Part shown: positions 26,157 to 38,400 of the stretch, piece after piece
How the letters are laid out: every line of letters starts with the position of its first letter
How positions within the stretch are numbered: the first letter of the stretch is position 1
Source of the DNA: Trichosphaerium sp. ATCC 40318
Taxonomy: Eukaryota; Protista; Tubulinea
Length of the DNA: 64,000 nucleotides
Assembly: GCA_038496445.1 (NCBI GenBank)
Contig: JALMLS010000143.1
Coordinates: forward strand, 186,001 to 250,000
Direction: 5' to 3'
Notes under the pieces: model-generated
What the model saw: the letters and a program-made list of their open reading frames with translations, nothing else
Told to the model about the DNA's origin: nothing
Databases searched by the model: none
Program-made: the position numbers and the translations under genes

Positions 26157-27847
26157 ATGGTGTCCATCAGGGCTCAGGTCGCGTATAAAGACAGCATAGC
26201 GCAGAAGCTGGCGAGAGAAAGGCATAGAAAAATTGTAGCGAAGAGATTACTTTCCAAAGAAAAGCCACTGGACTACTGGGACAATATAAAGAACCAGAGA
26301 CAGATCTTCAACATAATTGGTCGAAAAATGAGTGTCAAAGTTCTAGAAGACTGGTATACAATACAACAGGTTGATGTAGCACCGCTAGGACTTAATGTAT
26401 TAACAAGGTAACGTTAAACAACCGCAAAGAGCAAACTGTTAACGTGACAGAAACAGTTTTTTTCTGTGAAAAAAAAAACTTTGACGTTTGTGAGTTGAAA
26501 CTCGCTTTCTCACCAAATTTTTTAGATATGACTTTTCATTACATAAAGCACTACGTAATATATACCCTGTGTATAAATGGCATGGTTGGAAATTTGTGTA
26601 CGACTAGTACATTAAAGTAATTAATCTAAAAAGCATGTAGTACTGTGCCTAGACATTTCTGGGAACTTGCTGACAATCAGATGGATAAAATAAACGTCCT
26701 TGCTCGTAATTTACGTGTTAAAACATTAGAAGATTGGTACAAAGTTACTAATAGCCTCATGTTGAGCAACGGAGGTGGATCTCTACTAGCAATGTGCGTG
26801 CCAAAACAAACCCTAGACATGTTACCTTTCTTTTTAGTTTTTAGCTGAGTCTGTCTGTTCTGACTTGTTTGGTTTAGGTATAAGTTCTCTATACTTCGTA
26901 TGCTATCAAGTATTTTCCCATTTTATAATTGGAAGCCATGGAGATTCAAGTACTAAGCTTTTATCCAACCTGTAACTTATTTTCTTTCGTTTTTAGAGGT
27001 GTACCAAATGGAACCTGGGAGGAACATGATAATATACGAATGAAGTTAAATGATATGGGGGAGAATTTAAATGTAAAACAAATCGATGATTGGCATGATA
27101 TATCAACGCAAGATTTTAAGAAGCAAGGATTTAGCATGCTGGGGTACGACAAAATAAGATTGTTCTTTTTTTTTTGCACCAACCTGTGCGTTGCTTCCTT
27201 CTGAATCTCATCTACAACAAGGATATTTAATGGATCTCAATCAGCACTGCTCAGAACAGCATATCCTCAACATACATGGGTGTTTAGAAAGTACGACTAC
27301 AGATCAAAAGAAACTTTGTTTAAAATAGATAAAACTGTTTTTTGACAATCGTATCATATTTTCTTCGCTATTCGCCTTTTCTTTCAAATGCAAACAACGC
27401 TTCATCTTATCGAACATAGAACCAATGGATTTTGGAATGTTCAAGATAACCAACTAGCTTTCTTGGATACTGTTAAACGAGATCTTGGTATTACACATGC
27501 TTCCGAATGGTACGGTGCCGGTGACTTGCTCAACTTAACAAAACGGCAAAAACCTTGTGTCTTTTTTTTTTTTTTTCCGAGTAACGCTTATAGGGAGCGT
27601 GTTTCTCTAAAGCAACTTAAATTACGGGGAGGATACCATCTATCCAACAATTTTTTTGACTTGATGGCTGTGATATCGCCTGGGCGCAAGTGGGATTGGG
27701 CAAATGTTAACCACGCCAACAAAAGAACCCAACAATGGTATTTATTCACCTTTTTTTATGTTTATGATTTTTACCCTTTTTTTAAACCATATCATACTCA
27801 TATACATTAGGATGCTCATAAAACACGCTAATACGTTATTCATATGA
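26157..27847 (+). CDS. W-rich tandem repeat protein (about 4 repeats of FW...NQ...LxVKxLEDWYxV...GGxxLL...YPxxxWxxWxF), multi-exon
   Basis: Repeats visible across exons (PLDYWDNIKNQ, PRHFWELADNQ, PNGTWEEHDN, NGFWNVQDNQ); ends KRTQQW/MLIKHANTLFI*. Confidence 0.8.
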
Positions 27848-29369
27848 ACCAAATATTGTACAGTACACGTAGAGCGTCATAGAGGTGTATAAAGCGGTGA
27901 TATTTTTTTTTCCGAAATATTCTCCAAAACACCTAAAAATACAAATTGTACATAAAAAAAAACCAGTACACCTCCGAACCATACTACGTTGTAGAAATAA
28001 TAAAAACGCTCATTGTTTTATGAGTTTATCAACGTACTAGCGCCTTGTCGCACAACCCTGTTATGGTACAGAACTGCAATGTTGGATCCCAATCTCCTAT
28101 GTCGAGAAAAAAATAAAAAAAAACGAACTTTGTCCTAAACCAAACCACAAGGGCTTCGATTTGTAATCTGGGTGTGAGTGACTGTTATTATAATTTGTGG
28201 AACATCTCCGTTTTAGAAGAACGTTACGCCAAGTGCTTCAAACGATTAGAAGACTACGATATACATAGCGACTAGGAAAAGGCTAATATAGTTTAATCCG
28301 GGCGTTTTCTTATGTTTTGAATGTCAGAATAAAAACAGATGATTTTATTCTGTATTACGATTAAAAACCCACCTGTGTGAGTACGTTTGTTTTCATATAA
28401 GCGTGATATTATCGTACGCAAAATAAGCGCATGTGTAGCGGTGTTGTTTTGTTTTATATTAATGACAGATAAAAGTGGTTGTTTACAATGCGTACATGAG
28501 TTTCCAAGGTAGAGCGGAGAAGGTAAAGCAGTTGGCTCCAAATGCCAACATATAAACGTCACGAATTAAACCACACGCACGTAGACTGCACGTAGAACTA
28601 CACAGGCACAGTATCGGACTTTTTATTTTGCGTAGTTCACACGTCTGCAATTGCTGAAAATACCACCTCTAGCGCTACGAAGAGCACTATACCCGCCAGG
28701 TATACGAAATAGGCAATGCAGTTAAGCAACACAACCTAAGGATGACTAAAATAGGACACATACCAAACACTACAACAGCAAGAGGGCCATCTTAATCGCT
28801 GCCCAAAGAGTTTTCCAAATCACCTACGTGTATTCGAGCTACAATTAGCTACGTACTAGCAAGCAACAACACAAACAAACACAGTCTATTCTAAATACTG
28901 TAAGGTATAATAGGAAATAATGCATGAAGTAAGGGTACGCGTAGAATAGGATTAAACCAATCAACTTTTTGGAACATTCTGGATCTATCTACCTATCTAC
29001 ATAACTTTGGGGTACACGGTAAACCTATTCGTAACGCTATCGTCCTCTTTTAAAAAGGTCAGAGCAAACGACTAACCATTACTCGAGAGATGGTACCGAC
29101 GGTAGCTAATCACAAGGAGAGTGAGTAAAGACGCAAGAACCAATCTACAGGTAAGCATACACTCGGATTCAGGCTCACAAAAGGGCTTCCCTACAGTTCA
29201 TTTTAGGAAATACTCGAAAACGTTCAGACAACGGTAACGCCATGCTTCACTCGGAATAAAGTAACATCGTATCAACTTTTACGCGTTTCAAAAAACAACC
29301 TCGCTAATATCTTTATTTGATGCCTTACATTACTTTTATGGTGATTCTGAGCGATAAAACACATTCCAG

Positions 29370-29446
29370 TTGCCGAATAAAACGGTAACCGCTGCACCAC
29401 CTAAATGACTTGGGGGTGCAGCAGTTATCGTTTATAACGCCGGCAA
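29370..29446. ncRNA. Long imperfect hairpin, pre-miRNA-like
   Basis: TTGCCG..ATAAAACGGTAACCGCTGCACC-A-CCTAA [ATGAC loop] TTGGG-GGTGCAGCAGTTATCGTTTAT..CGGCAA: about 30 bp paired including G-U. Confidence 0.5.
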
Positions 29447-30380
29447 ACCAACTCCAAGAGGTAGAAGCCTCTATAAAATACTCAGACAAACGAAACAAGA
29501 ACCTCAACGCTTCGGCGGAGTAACATCAGACAAACAACAACTAAAACAAATAGTATGAAGGCTCGTACGGTTTATAGTTTATCCCAGGTACAACACCATT
29601 AAAAGTAGCAATGCATAGTCCGTCATTCCCGCGTAGAGCATCAGCGTTTCTGATTTGCTTCTGTTTAAGCCACAAAAAACCGCTAGGTTTTCTTTTTTAT
29701 TCGAACAGTGCTTAATATGGTACACCATAAGCCTATTTGGGATTATTTGGTTATTTGTAAATTTCAGACTTTAGAGTCCTCTCGCAGCAATTCCTTGTGC
29801 CACTAAACCTCAAGTTTCTACAATGTAAGAAACACTGAATACCTACGTACAAAACTTCTTATTTAAGGCTCAAGTGTATGTTGCCGAGGCTTATCTACAA
29901 CTAACAAGAAATGAAATGAATCAGGCCAAGCATCCACGTTATGTATTTGTAATGATTGAAGATGTGGAACATTTCAAGCGTTTGGTTGGACTGAACAAGA
30001 CTGTCAATATCGAAGGACACAATAGGCAACAACAACATTGGCGAGTAGCAATCAAAACCTTTTTTCTTTTGAATGTAAAAATTGTTTTTAATTTTTCCTT
30101 CAAACACATTTGCAATCACACGAGTGTTCTTAAATGTAGAATAAATCAGCTCGCGTGGCTACACTAGAGCCACCAAGACTGAGCATCTTTCCTCCCAAGC
30201 GCGTCTCCCTTATATTGACTATTTTGGCCAATCTAACAATACAGTTAACTGCAATAGCCTGGTTGAAGTGATAAACAAGACACGTGTTATAGATCAACGC
30301 GTTGTACACATTAAACTTAGTAGCTTTTTGATCGATACGATTGACAATACAAAAAAGAGATGATTGCGAGGTGTGCAGAA

Positions 30381-30452
30381 ATGTTAATGCCGGGATCGAA
30401 CCGGCCTTTATATGTTAACAGCATATTACTTTACCAGATAAGTTAAAAAACG
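30381..30452 (-). tRNA. tRNA-Asn(GTT)-like element with defective acceptor stem (pseudo-tRNA or tRNA-derived RNA)
   Basis: Minus strand: D-arm ACTT-ATCTGGTA-AAGT, anticodon arm ATATG-CTGTTAA-CATAT, T-arm GCCGG-TTCGATC-CCGGC; acceptor CGTTTTT/ATTAACA has 3 mismatches. Confidence 0.75.
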
Positions 30453-30882
30453 ATGAAGCACATGGACTCTCTGCATCTCAACAATGACAACTTTCGCAGA
30501 CATTTTATTCACGAGCAAAATTGCTGAAAAAAAAATTGTGGGATTATGAAATATTACACGAAAACTATCAAAAAATGCATACTTTTATTATCACGTGCAT
30601 ACAAGCAATGAATCTATTGTATTCAGTTCATTCAAGGTCCTGTCAAAAAAAAAAACCATGTGACTAATACTCCGCGTAGATAAAATTAATAAAAATGGAT
30701 TGAAGTAGTTTAACAAATGTGGCACGTGATACATTCGTCCCAAGTAATTTTACGGCGGCCTTTGATAAGGAATGAAAAAAACAAAATTGTTCAGCTGAAA
30801 AAAAACGTTAAGCCGACTTTTAATTTCCCGTTGGCTACATCGCAAACATCACGTCTTTTTTGCATTTGCTTGTATCTAGATA

Positions 30883-32303
30883 ATGGCAGCAATAAACAAC
30901 GTACCTATTTGAAGAGTTTGTAACTATTCTTAACGCTCTGTTAGGTAAACACTGCGAAGACGCAGGAATGCTATCTATTAGACCTTCCCGCAGAGCTACA
31001 GCTTGATATTATTGATTTAGACTTTGGGGTGTATACAAAATGGCCTATCGTGTCTAAACAAGCAGCAATGACAACGAGGTTCGACGACAAGTTGGAAAAA
31101 CATGGCAAATGGATAAAGATAAAAACAGTAAAACAAGACGACGACTCCTCCGCCTCAGAACCTTTGCTTGCCTGTCAAGAGTACTGGATGCATGGGCAAC
31201 TACATGGACAGTACAAGAAGTGGTTTAATAGCGGTATACTGCGTATACAAAGTAACTACGTTAACGGTGAACTTGACGGAGAATACAAAGAGTTTTACAA
31301 TAGTGGTCAACTGTGGAAACTTGTATACTATACTTGTGGTAAACGACACGGTGAATACAAGCAATGGAATATGAATGGTAACTTGTATTGTGAGTGTCAA
31401 TACTCAAGAGGAAAGCGAAAAGGAAAACACTCGTTGTGGCATGATCATGGACAATTAAGTCAAGAGTCAAAGTTCATAGATGATGCACTGTGGGGAGATT
31501 GTAAATCTTGGCATGAAAATGGTCAGTTAGAGAAAGCTTGTTACTATGTGGATAATATGCGACAAGGAGATTATAAAGAGTGGTATGATAATGGTCAATT
31601 ATTTCTCACGTGTCATTATGTTAATAACACGTGGGAAGGAGAGTATAAAGAGTATCGTAGGAATGGGTTTTTGAAGAAACAATGTTTTTTTCTTAATGAT
31701 AAATTGGATGGAGAGTGGAAGCATTGGTTTAGTGATGGTCAACAAGAAGTGAATTGCTTTTATGTTAATGATAAGAGAGACGGAGAGTTTAAGTCATGGT
31801 ATCCAAACGGACAATTAAAGCTGCAATTTAATTGTAAGGAAGATAAACAACATGGAGAAATGAAAGGTTGGTATGACTCAGGTGAGTTGAAGATGACATG
31901 CATTTATATCAATGGTAACCTAGATGGAATGTTCAGGGAGTGGTATAGGAATGGTCAGTTAGCAGAGGAAAGTAATTATATCAATGATAAGAGAGATGGA
32001 GAGTCAAAAAAGTGGTATGAAAGTGGTGAATTTCGAGAGAGTTGTAACTATGTTGCTGATAAACTACATGGAGAGTACAAGAATTGGTTTAGTAGTGGTA
32101 AGCTTTCCTCAAAATGTCATTATGTAAACGATGTACTTGATGGAGAGTATGAGAGTTGGTATCAAAGTGGGCAGCTATGTAAACATTGTGATTATAAAAA
32201 TGGCATTGTTTCTAAAATGTGGCATAATAATAATAATTTGTGGGGCTCAACAAAAAATCCAGTGTTATTCAGCACAAACAAACCAAAACACATACGACAA
32301 TAA
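30883..32303 (+). CDS. F-box-like + about 14-15 MORN-variant repeats, one short 5' intron
   Basis: MAAINN|gtacct...ttag|VNTAKTQECYLLDLPAELQLDII joins in frame to ORF 31029; 24-aa repeats GEYKxWYxNGQL. Confidence 0.9.
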
Positions 32304-32905
32304 ATGACAATTTCAAAACGTTCATCTCTTTACTGCTTCCGAGGACTTTTTTTTTACAACTTTGTTTATCATTCAAGTTAAGAACCTGCAGTCAAAATGT
32401 GGCCAAAGAAATCCGCAAAAAACTGAAGAACAACCTTGAGGAACTCAATTATTTCCTTTTTTTTTTCTGAGCCACACAATAGTAACTTTGAATGATACGC
32501 ACAATAACCTCCACACAACCAAGAAAGAGTATTTGTGATTAATTTTTAGTATTTTATTGGATATCAAAGTAGAGTTTGTAATCGGTTTAAGAGAGGTTAC
32601 ACACTCTAAACCCATTGTACATTTTTTTTTGATTGACGAAACAAAAAAAGCAAAAAAAGTGTCCGAAAAAAAAAACCGATCCAGCGACCACACTCCTCTT
32701 GTAGAGAATAAAAAAAGACGTCCAAGAGAATAATAAGAACACCATAAATATATCCTCATTTCTTCCCTCAAAAAAAACGCCAAAGTATTATCGCCAGAGA
32801 GCTCTCTTTGTATTTTTTTTTTCCTTTTTTTTTTTTTTCTTTTTTTCTTATTCTTTTTTTTTCTTTTTTGTTGTTGTTCAAAGTGTTGATACAGATCTCT
32901 CTTGT

Positions 32906-34873
32906 TTAGTCATACAAAGAAGCTTGCTTCTGAGCAATCTTCTCGTTAGTCTCAAGGTCATGATTTGGATCAAATGCCTCGAGTTGTTTTTCTGTATCAC
33001 TTACACCGGTGTCTGGGTTAACATAAGGTCTGAGCTTACCATGCTCGTCAAAGAATGGAGGATTTCCAGGAACAATAACATCTTCCTCACCAGGCTCTTC
33101 AGCACCAGGTCGGCGCCAAGTATCCAAAGCTTCCTCTGAGTAATCGATACCACGGAACTTCTTAGGTCCACAAAGAGCCAAGATAGAGTCAACGGTTTTT
33201 TGGTCTCCACTGATAACAGCCAAACGTCCTTGACGTGCTTGACCCCAAGTGATCTTACCGCGATAATAACTCTCCAAAAGCTTCATTTTATGCTCTTGGC
33301 TATGTGGGTACATCTTATCAAAAGCATCTTCGAGCTCTTTCTTTGCAGCGTCGTACTTGCTTACAATCTACGTAAAAAAAGCTTAGAAATTCAAAAATCA
33401 AAAAAAACAAACAGTTTTTTCTGTCTTTCACAAATTGTTGAATGTGACACGAGTGAAACATAGTAGTGTGGGTACTTACCTCGGTAGGAAGATGTTCAGG
33501 GATTTTAGTATCATTCTCCGCTTGAGCAGCTTCGAGCATTTTATTGGCAGCCAAGTAGTTATCGCGGACAGCTTTTGGTAGTTTTTGAATACGAGCGTAC
33601 TCTGCAGCACTTTCGTTTTCCCAACCAGGTTGAGCTTCCTTACGCTTAATTTCATAAGCAGCCCAGTCCTTTTTGCTTGCAAGCCAACATGGGCAAGCGG
33701 TACCTTTACAGGCGACACTGCAAGAAGGTTTTAGGTCTTTACCAGCAGATGCACGCAATTTTGTTTCAAAAGAGTCAAGAAGAGCTGTGGCACGCTCAAG
33801 ATCTTCTGGGTATACAGCACCAGAGGATGGTCTCATCTTAATACCTTTTAATGAAAGTGTCAGAAAAAAAAACACCAAACTTCAAAAAAAAATGGAAAAA
33901 CTTTCACAACGCCAAAAAAAAGCTTACCTTCCCAAGGTTGGAACTCTTTGTCCTCAAAGAAAGAAGGAATAACATCAGTGATGAAAATATGTAAAAGACG
34001 CTTTGTTGGGGCACCGTAGACCTGAAAAGAAAACAATTAGTTTAAAAAAATCCAAAAAAAAAAATTGTCCGCCTCATAGTTGCTAGTACTACGAAAGCTT
34101 TCTGTAAAAATACGTACTGAAGCGTAATAACGCCAGTAGTTGACAGCGCACAAAGCTTGGGATGCGTTTGTTGGATCTCTTGCACTGACAATCCAGGCAC
34201 AAGCGTTTACGTCCAAATCACGTCTCCTGTCTTCGTATAATCCATGTCTCTCAGCTAATACAAGAGTAAGCATAAAAAGAGACCCAGCAGGCAAAACAAA
34301 ATTAAAAAACAAAAAAACGCTGTTTGTACCTTTAGTTTCAAACAATCTGTTCTCTTCAACTTGGTATCTTACTTTACCGAGTTTTACGTCCCATTCGGCG
34401 CTTTGATTTTGTAATTGGCGTATCTCATTGCTACCATCGCTTTTTTCGACTTTGCTGAGTGTTTCAACAATAGTTTTGATCTGGCTCTCGTCAAATAGCT
34501 CAGAAGCCTTTGCGGTTGCTACAAAATTATCGACGATTTCTTTAGTGTTGTCGTGGTCGTCGTCTGTTCTATGATCTGGCAAGTTCTCCATTGCTGCCTT
34601 TACTTTATCTGTGTCTTCAAAAAAGAGGTCCATAGCTGGGTGGTTTACAGCAATTGGGTTGTCTTCATCAAAGTGGTGGTAATCTGTAGCTTCCAGTACA
34701 TTTCTTTGCATTGTAGCGGTTGTGTGGTAAAACTTGCACACTTCGATCTTGTTAATCTGCCCACGCGCGCTCTTTTTGTTAATTTGAACGCTCGAGCGGC
34801 TCTTACGAGCGCTGGACGTTTGTGTACGGGCCTGGACAGCCTGAGTGGTGCGAGTTAATATACGCGTATACAT
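32906..34873 (-). CDS. Hypothetical protein, probably mitochondrial, about 4 exons
   Basis: Long R/T/S-rich acid-poor N-terminus ending near FYHTTATMQR; exons join in frame via GT-AG introns; stop at 32906. Confidence 0.8.
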
Positions 34874-35483
34874 TTTGCCTAGTATTCATCAATATTCGCG
34901 CTTAGTGGTGTAGGCAAAGTGAATTTTTAGTGAGATTGCTAACTCTACGAAAGTATTCATTACCTCGTTATTAATACTATTTATGATACTTAGACAAGGA
35001 AAATGCTGCTTGTACAGTACTAATTCTCAGACGAAGAAAAATTTCGGTCAAGTTTGTTATTGTGGGAGCTTTTAGGCGTCTTTTTCGCCTTCTACACAGA
35101 CCTTTTTAAAGTATGTTTTGTGTAACTAGTGCTATGTTACTAGCTATAGAACGTGGTTTTTGCTGTTCTGCAAATTTTTCGCTCAAAATCGCAACTGACA
35201 ACTGTAAGCGGTTGGCTTTTTGAGTTTTCACTACTGAATTCACCCTATGACATTTGCTAAGCTTCTAGTTGCCATCACTGCGAAAACGGAATAATCGCTT
35301 ATTGCAAAACTAACAAGGCTACCATCGAAAGTGTATGGCCGTAATATTTGCGCAACTGGAATTCTGAGTTTGGTCAAAAGCTGTAAAGGCCTATAACTAA
35401 CGACTTTGGTCATGAGAAACATCATGTAGATGCGTCAGATAGCTGGGTGTATTGTATCTTAGTTTTTACCTCACTACTGAAAA

Positions 35484-38400
35484 ATGGCAAGAAGAAAAAC
35501 CTCAAGAGCATGGAAACTAAAAATATTCGGCGAGAGTGACCGAAAGAAGACAGTGAGCGAAGCCAGCGCGCAACTCCAAGATTATTTGAAGAAACTGCAA
35601 AAAGGAGTCGCTGTAGATACCAGAAATCAATACGTGACACCGTTTGCAGAATTTATACAACGTTTTCGGTACTGTGGCTTCAATAATTATTTCTGGCGTT
35701 TTGGTTGCTTACACATTACAGAATAGAAGACAACCAACAAATAACGCGGATATGGAGTCAATTGTCCCATTTGGTGGACTCTGAAGCAAGTAAAGAGGAC
35801 CAACAGTCAGGATTTTACATTATGGGCGCAGTTATACACGCTCACGGTCATATTATGAACGACGTTCAAAAATCAAGTACGTTTTTCATTTCGCCAGAAG
35901 GTTTTAACCGATTTTGCTACAAATATGCCTGCGCGCCTCTAGATACCTTTTTAACAAAAATGTAACTCATTTGTGCGTAGTGTTCTTTCATTTGATCAAT
36001 TCGCACCAATTGGAAAGTGCGTACCGGTTCCAAGCGCTATACAGCCTCACTAAAGACGGGAAAGAAGTCCCACAATTGTTTGTTGTGCGTGTGCCCAAAC
36101 TTTTCTCAACGTTTTCCCAATAGCGTAAAATACACTTACATTACCTCTAAACGCGTCGTGTAATCCATTTTTAGCATGATCTTGGTATTACAGTACTCTC
36201 ATGGCTAACTCTTAAAGATGTAAAATTCTTGCTGTCAGTACTTGGTTACTTAAAACAGCTTGTTTGCCATCAATTTTCTGTGTTTGTAGAGGCAGTGCGT
36301 GCGGAAGTTGTTTTGCGCGTTTGTGATATATCCATCACAGACCATGACAAGGTTCTCAAAGCTTGTATGGATATTTTTGAAGCGTTGGTACGCTACAGCC
36401 TAAAAATACGTTTTCTCCATTTTTTTTCTTTTCGAGAATTTTTTTTGTTTTTTTCTCTTTTTTTTTTTAACTCTTTGCTTTTGTTAGTTACAATATAGCA
36501 CTGTTCCATCGGCGGCGTTAACTCAGTTTGTTGCGGCATTGTGTCGTCTTGTAAATATTGAAAAATTTTGTCAGAGTAGTCGTCAAATTATGACAGCGTT
36601 GTTACAGAAGCATGCAGGATATCAAGTAAGTATTTATTTTTTTTCTATTGATTGTTTTATTTTTTTTCTCACCTGTCAAATTCCGTTTTTTTTCGTTTGT
36701 TTGTGCGTTAGTTAAACGTGTATAGGCGGTTCGTGCGTTGTGTTTGCTTCTTGGGAATGTCCAAAATAAAAGCCATATCAACTTACTTCGTGGAGCTGTG
36801 TTTTTCGTCAGTACGTGTGTTAACCTCCAAAAAGAAAATATATTTTGTTTTTGTTTATTTTTTTTGTTTTGATCTCACTTCACAGTGATTTTTTTTATTT
36901 TCTGAGAGTTTGAATTCTTATTTCGCATTAGGTATGTACGGTTGGGGAGCAGCACAGTCGCGTATTCTATCAGCTGTATCTATTACACCTTCAACAGTGT
37001 TACCTAGTATACAAAATGTCATTACTCATTGTGAACATCCTATTGTTGCTTATGAAGTTGTTCTAAGTATTCAAAGACTTGTTAAAAAATATGGAAGCAG
37101 TCTAAGGTAACGTTATAAAGAAAAATACGCGTATTTCTTCTCGAAACTCAAACTGATTTTTTTCTTCTAAAAGGGTCGAGTGGGATATTATTGTGTCAAT
37201 ATGTCGACAGCTAAAGCAGTGGGTGTTCATATCTTCTTCTCAGAAGGGAGCAAAGAAGCAAGAGAACAGCTTGGCAGTCATTTTAAAGGATACAATGACC
37301 TCTATTGAGGGTAAGGCTCTACTTTCGTTAAAAATCGTTTATTCTTTTGTCTAGAGTTGTATTACAATAACCAATACATGGGAGATGAGCGTCAGCTCTT
37401 ATTAGCAATTCAAGACTACTCTCCTGCTCGTGGTGAAACATCAGCAGTAAAACTCTTGGAGCGTCTTGCACGTGATATAAATCCTATTAATACATATTGG
37501 ATAAACTCACTAGATAGAACAGTACATATTATGTTTGTTTCTGAAACTCGTGTTATGATTCGTAAACGCGTACGTCGCCAGCATTTTTTTTCTCTTTTTT
37601 TTCCTTATTTTGAAACTGTACTTTTTGAGTGTTTTGTTGTCGTCTTTCGACTCTTTTTGCAGTTTTAATCGCTATACATGTAAAATATGTTTATTAGTTG
37701 GTTTTGTGGTATTGTTTTTTTTAAATTGTGGTAGGTCCTGGCCTTGGTAAAGAGTGTATATACCAATTTTCAATTTTTTTACTGTGCCGAACTTTTATCT
37801 GTAATTTTGCGCCATCTCGCTTCGTACGTTACTGCTATATATCTGAACTATTAACTCATAGTATTCAAAGGGTGCACGAAGATCAAGACGAGGACATACA
37901 AGTTGCTGGGCTACAATTATTACGAGATTTGGCTGAGCTCACAAGCACGAAAGATATTTTTTCAATTATGGAAATTTTCGGCAATGCATTGCAATCACGG
38001 TACCAAACAAAGAATTGCATACGATACATGAAATAGTTTTATTGACATTTTTTAGGAGTAAACGTGTCTCTGATGGAGCAAGACGAGAATTAGTGGAATC
38101 TCTTTTATCATTGTTTACTTCATTTTTTCCTTTGAAGAAAACACGGATTGTGTGTCACATATTCGAACTTTTAGTACCGCTGGTTGGTGACAGAGATCAC
38201 GTTATACGGCGTAGAGTATTGCAAGTATTCTTAATGCTCAAGTACGGAAACAAACAAGCACCAACCAGACTTAATCGGCGTGTTTTAAGTCACATTTCTA
38301 ATATTTTTACCTTTTGTAAGACTTTAGACTAATGATTGTTTAGTGCTAATAATCGATATTGTTTAAAATTGGGTGACACAGAGTCTCCATACTTAAGATG

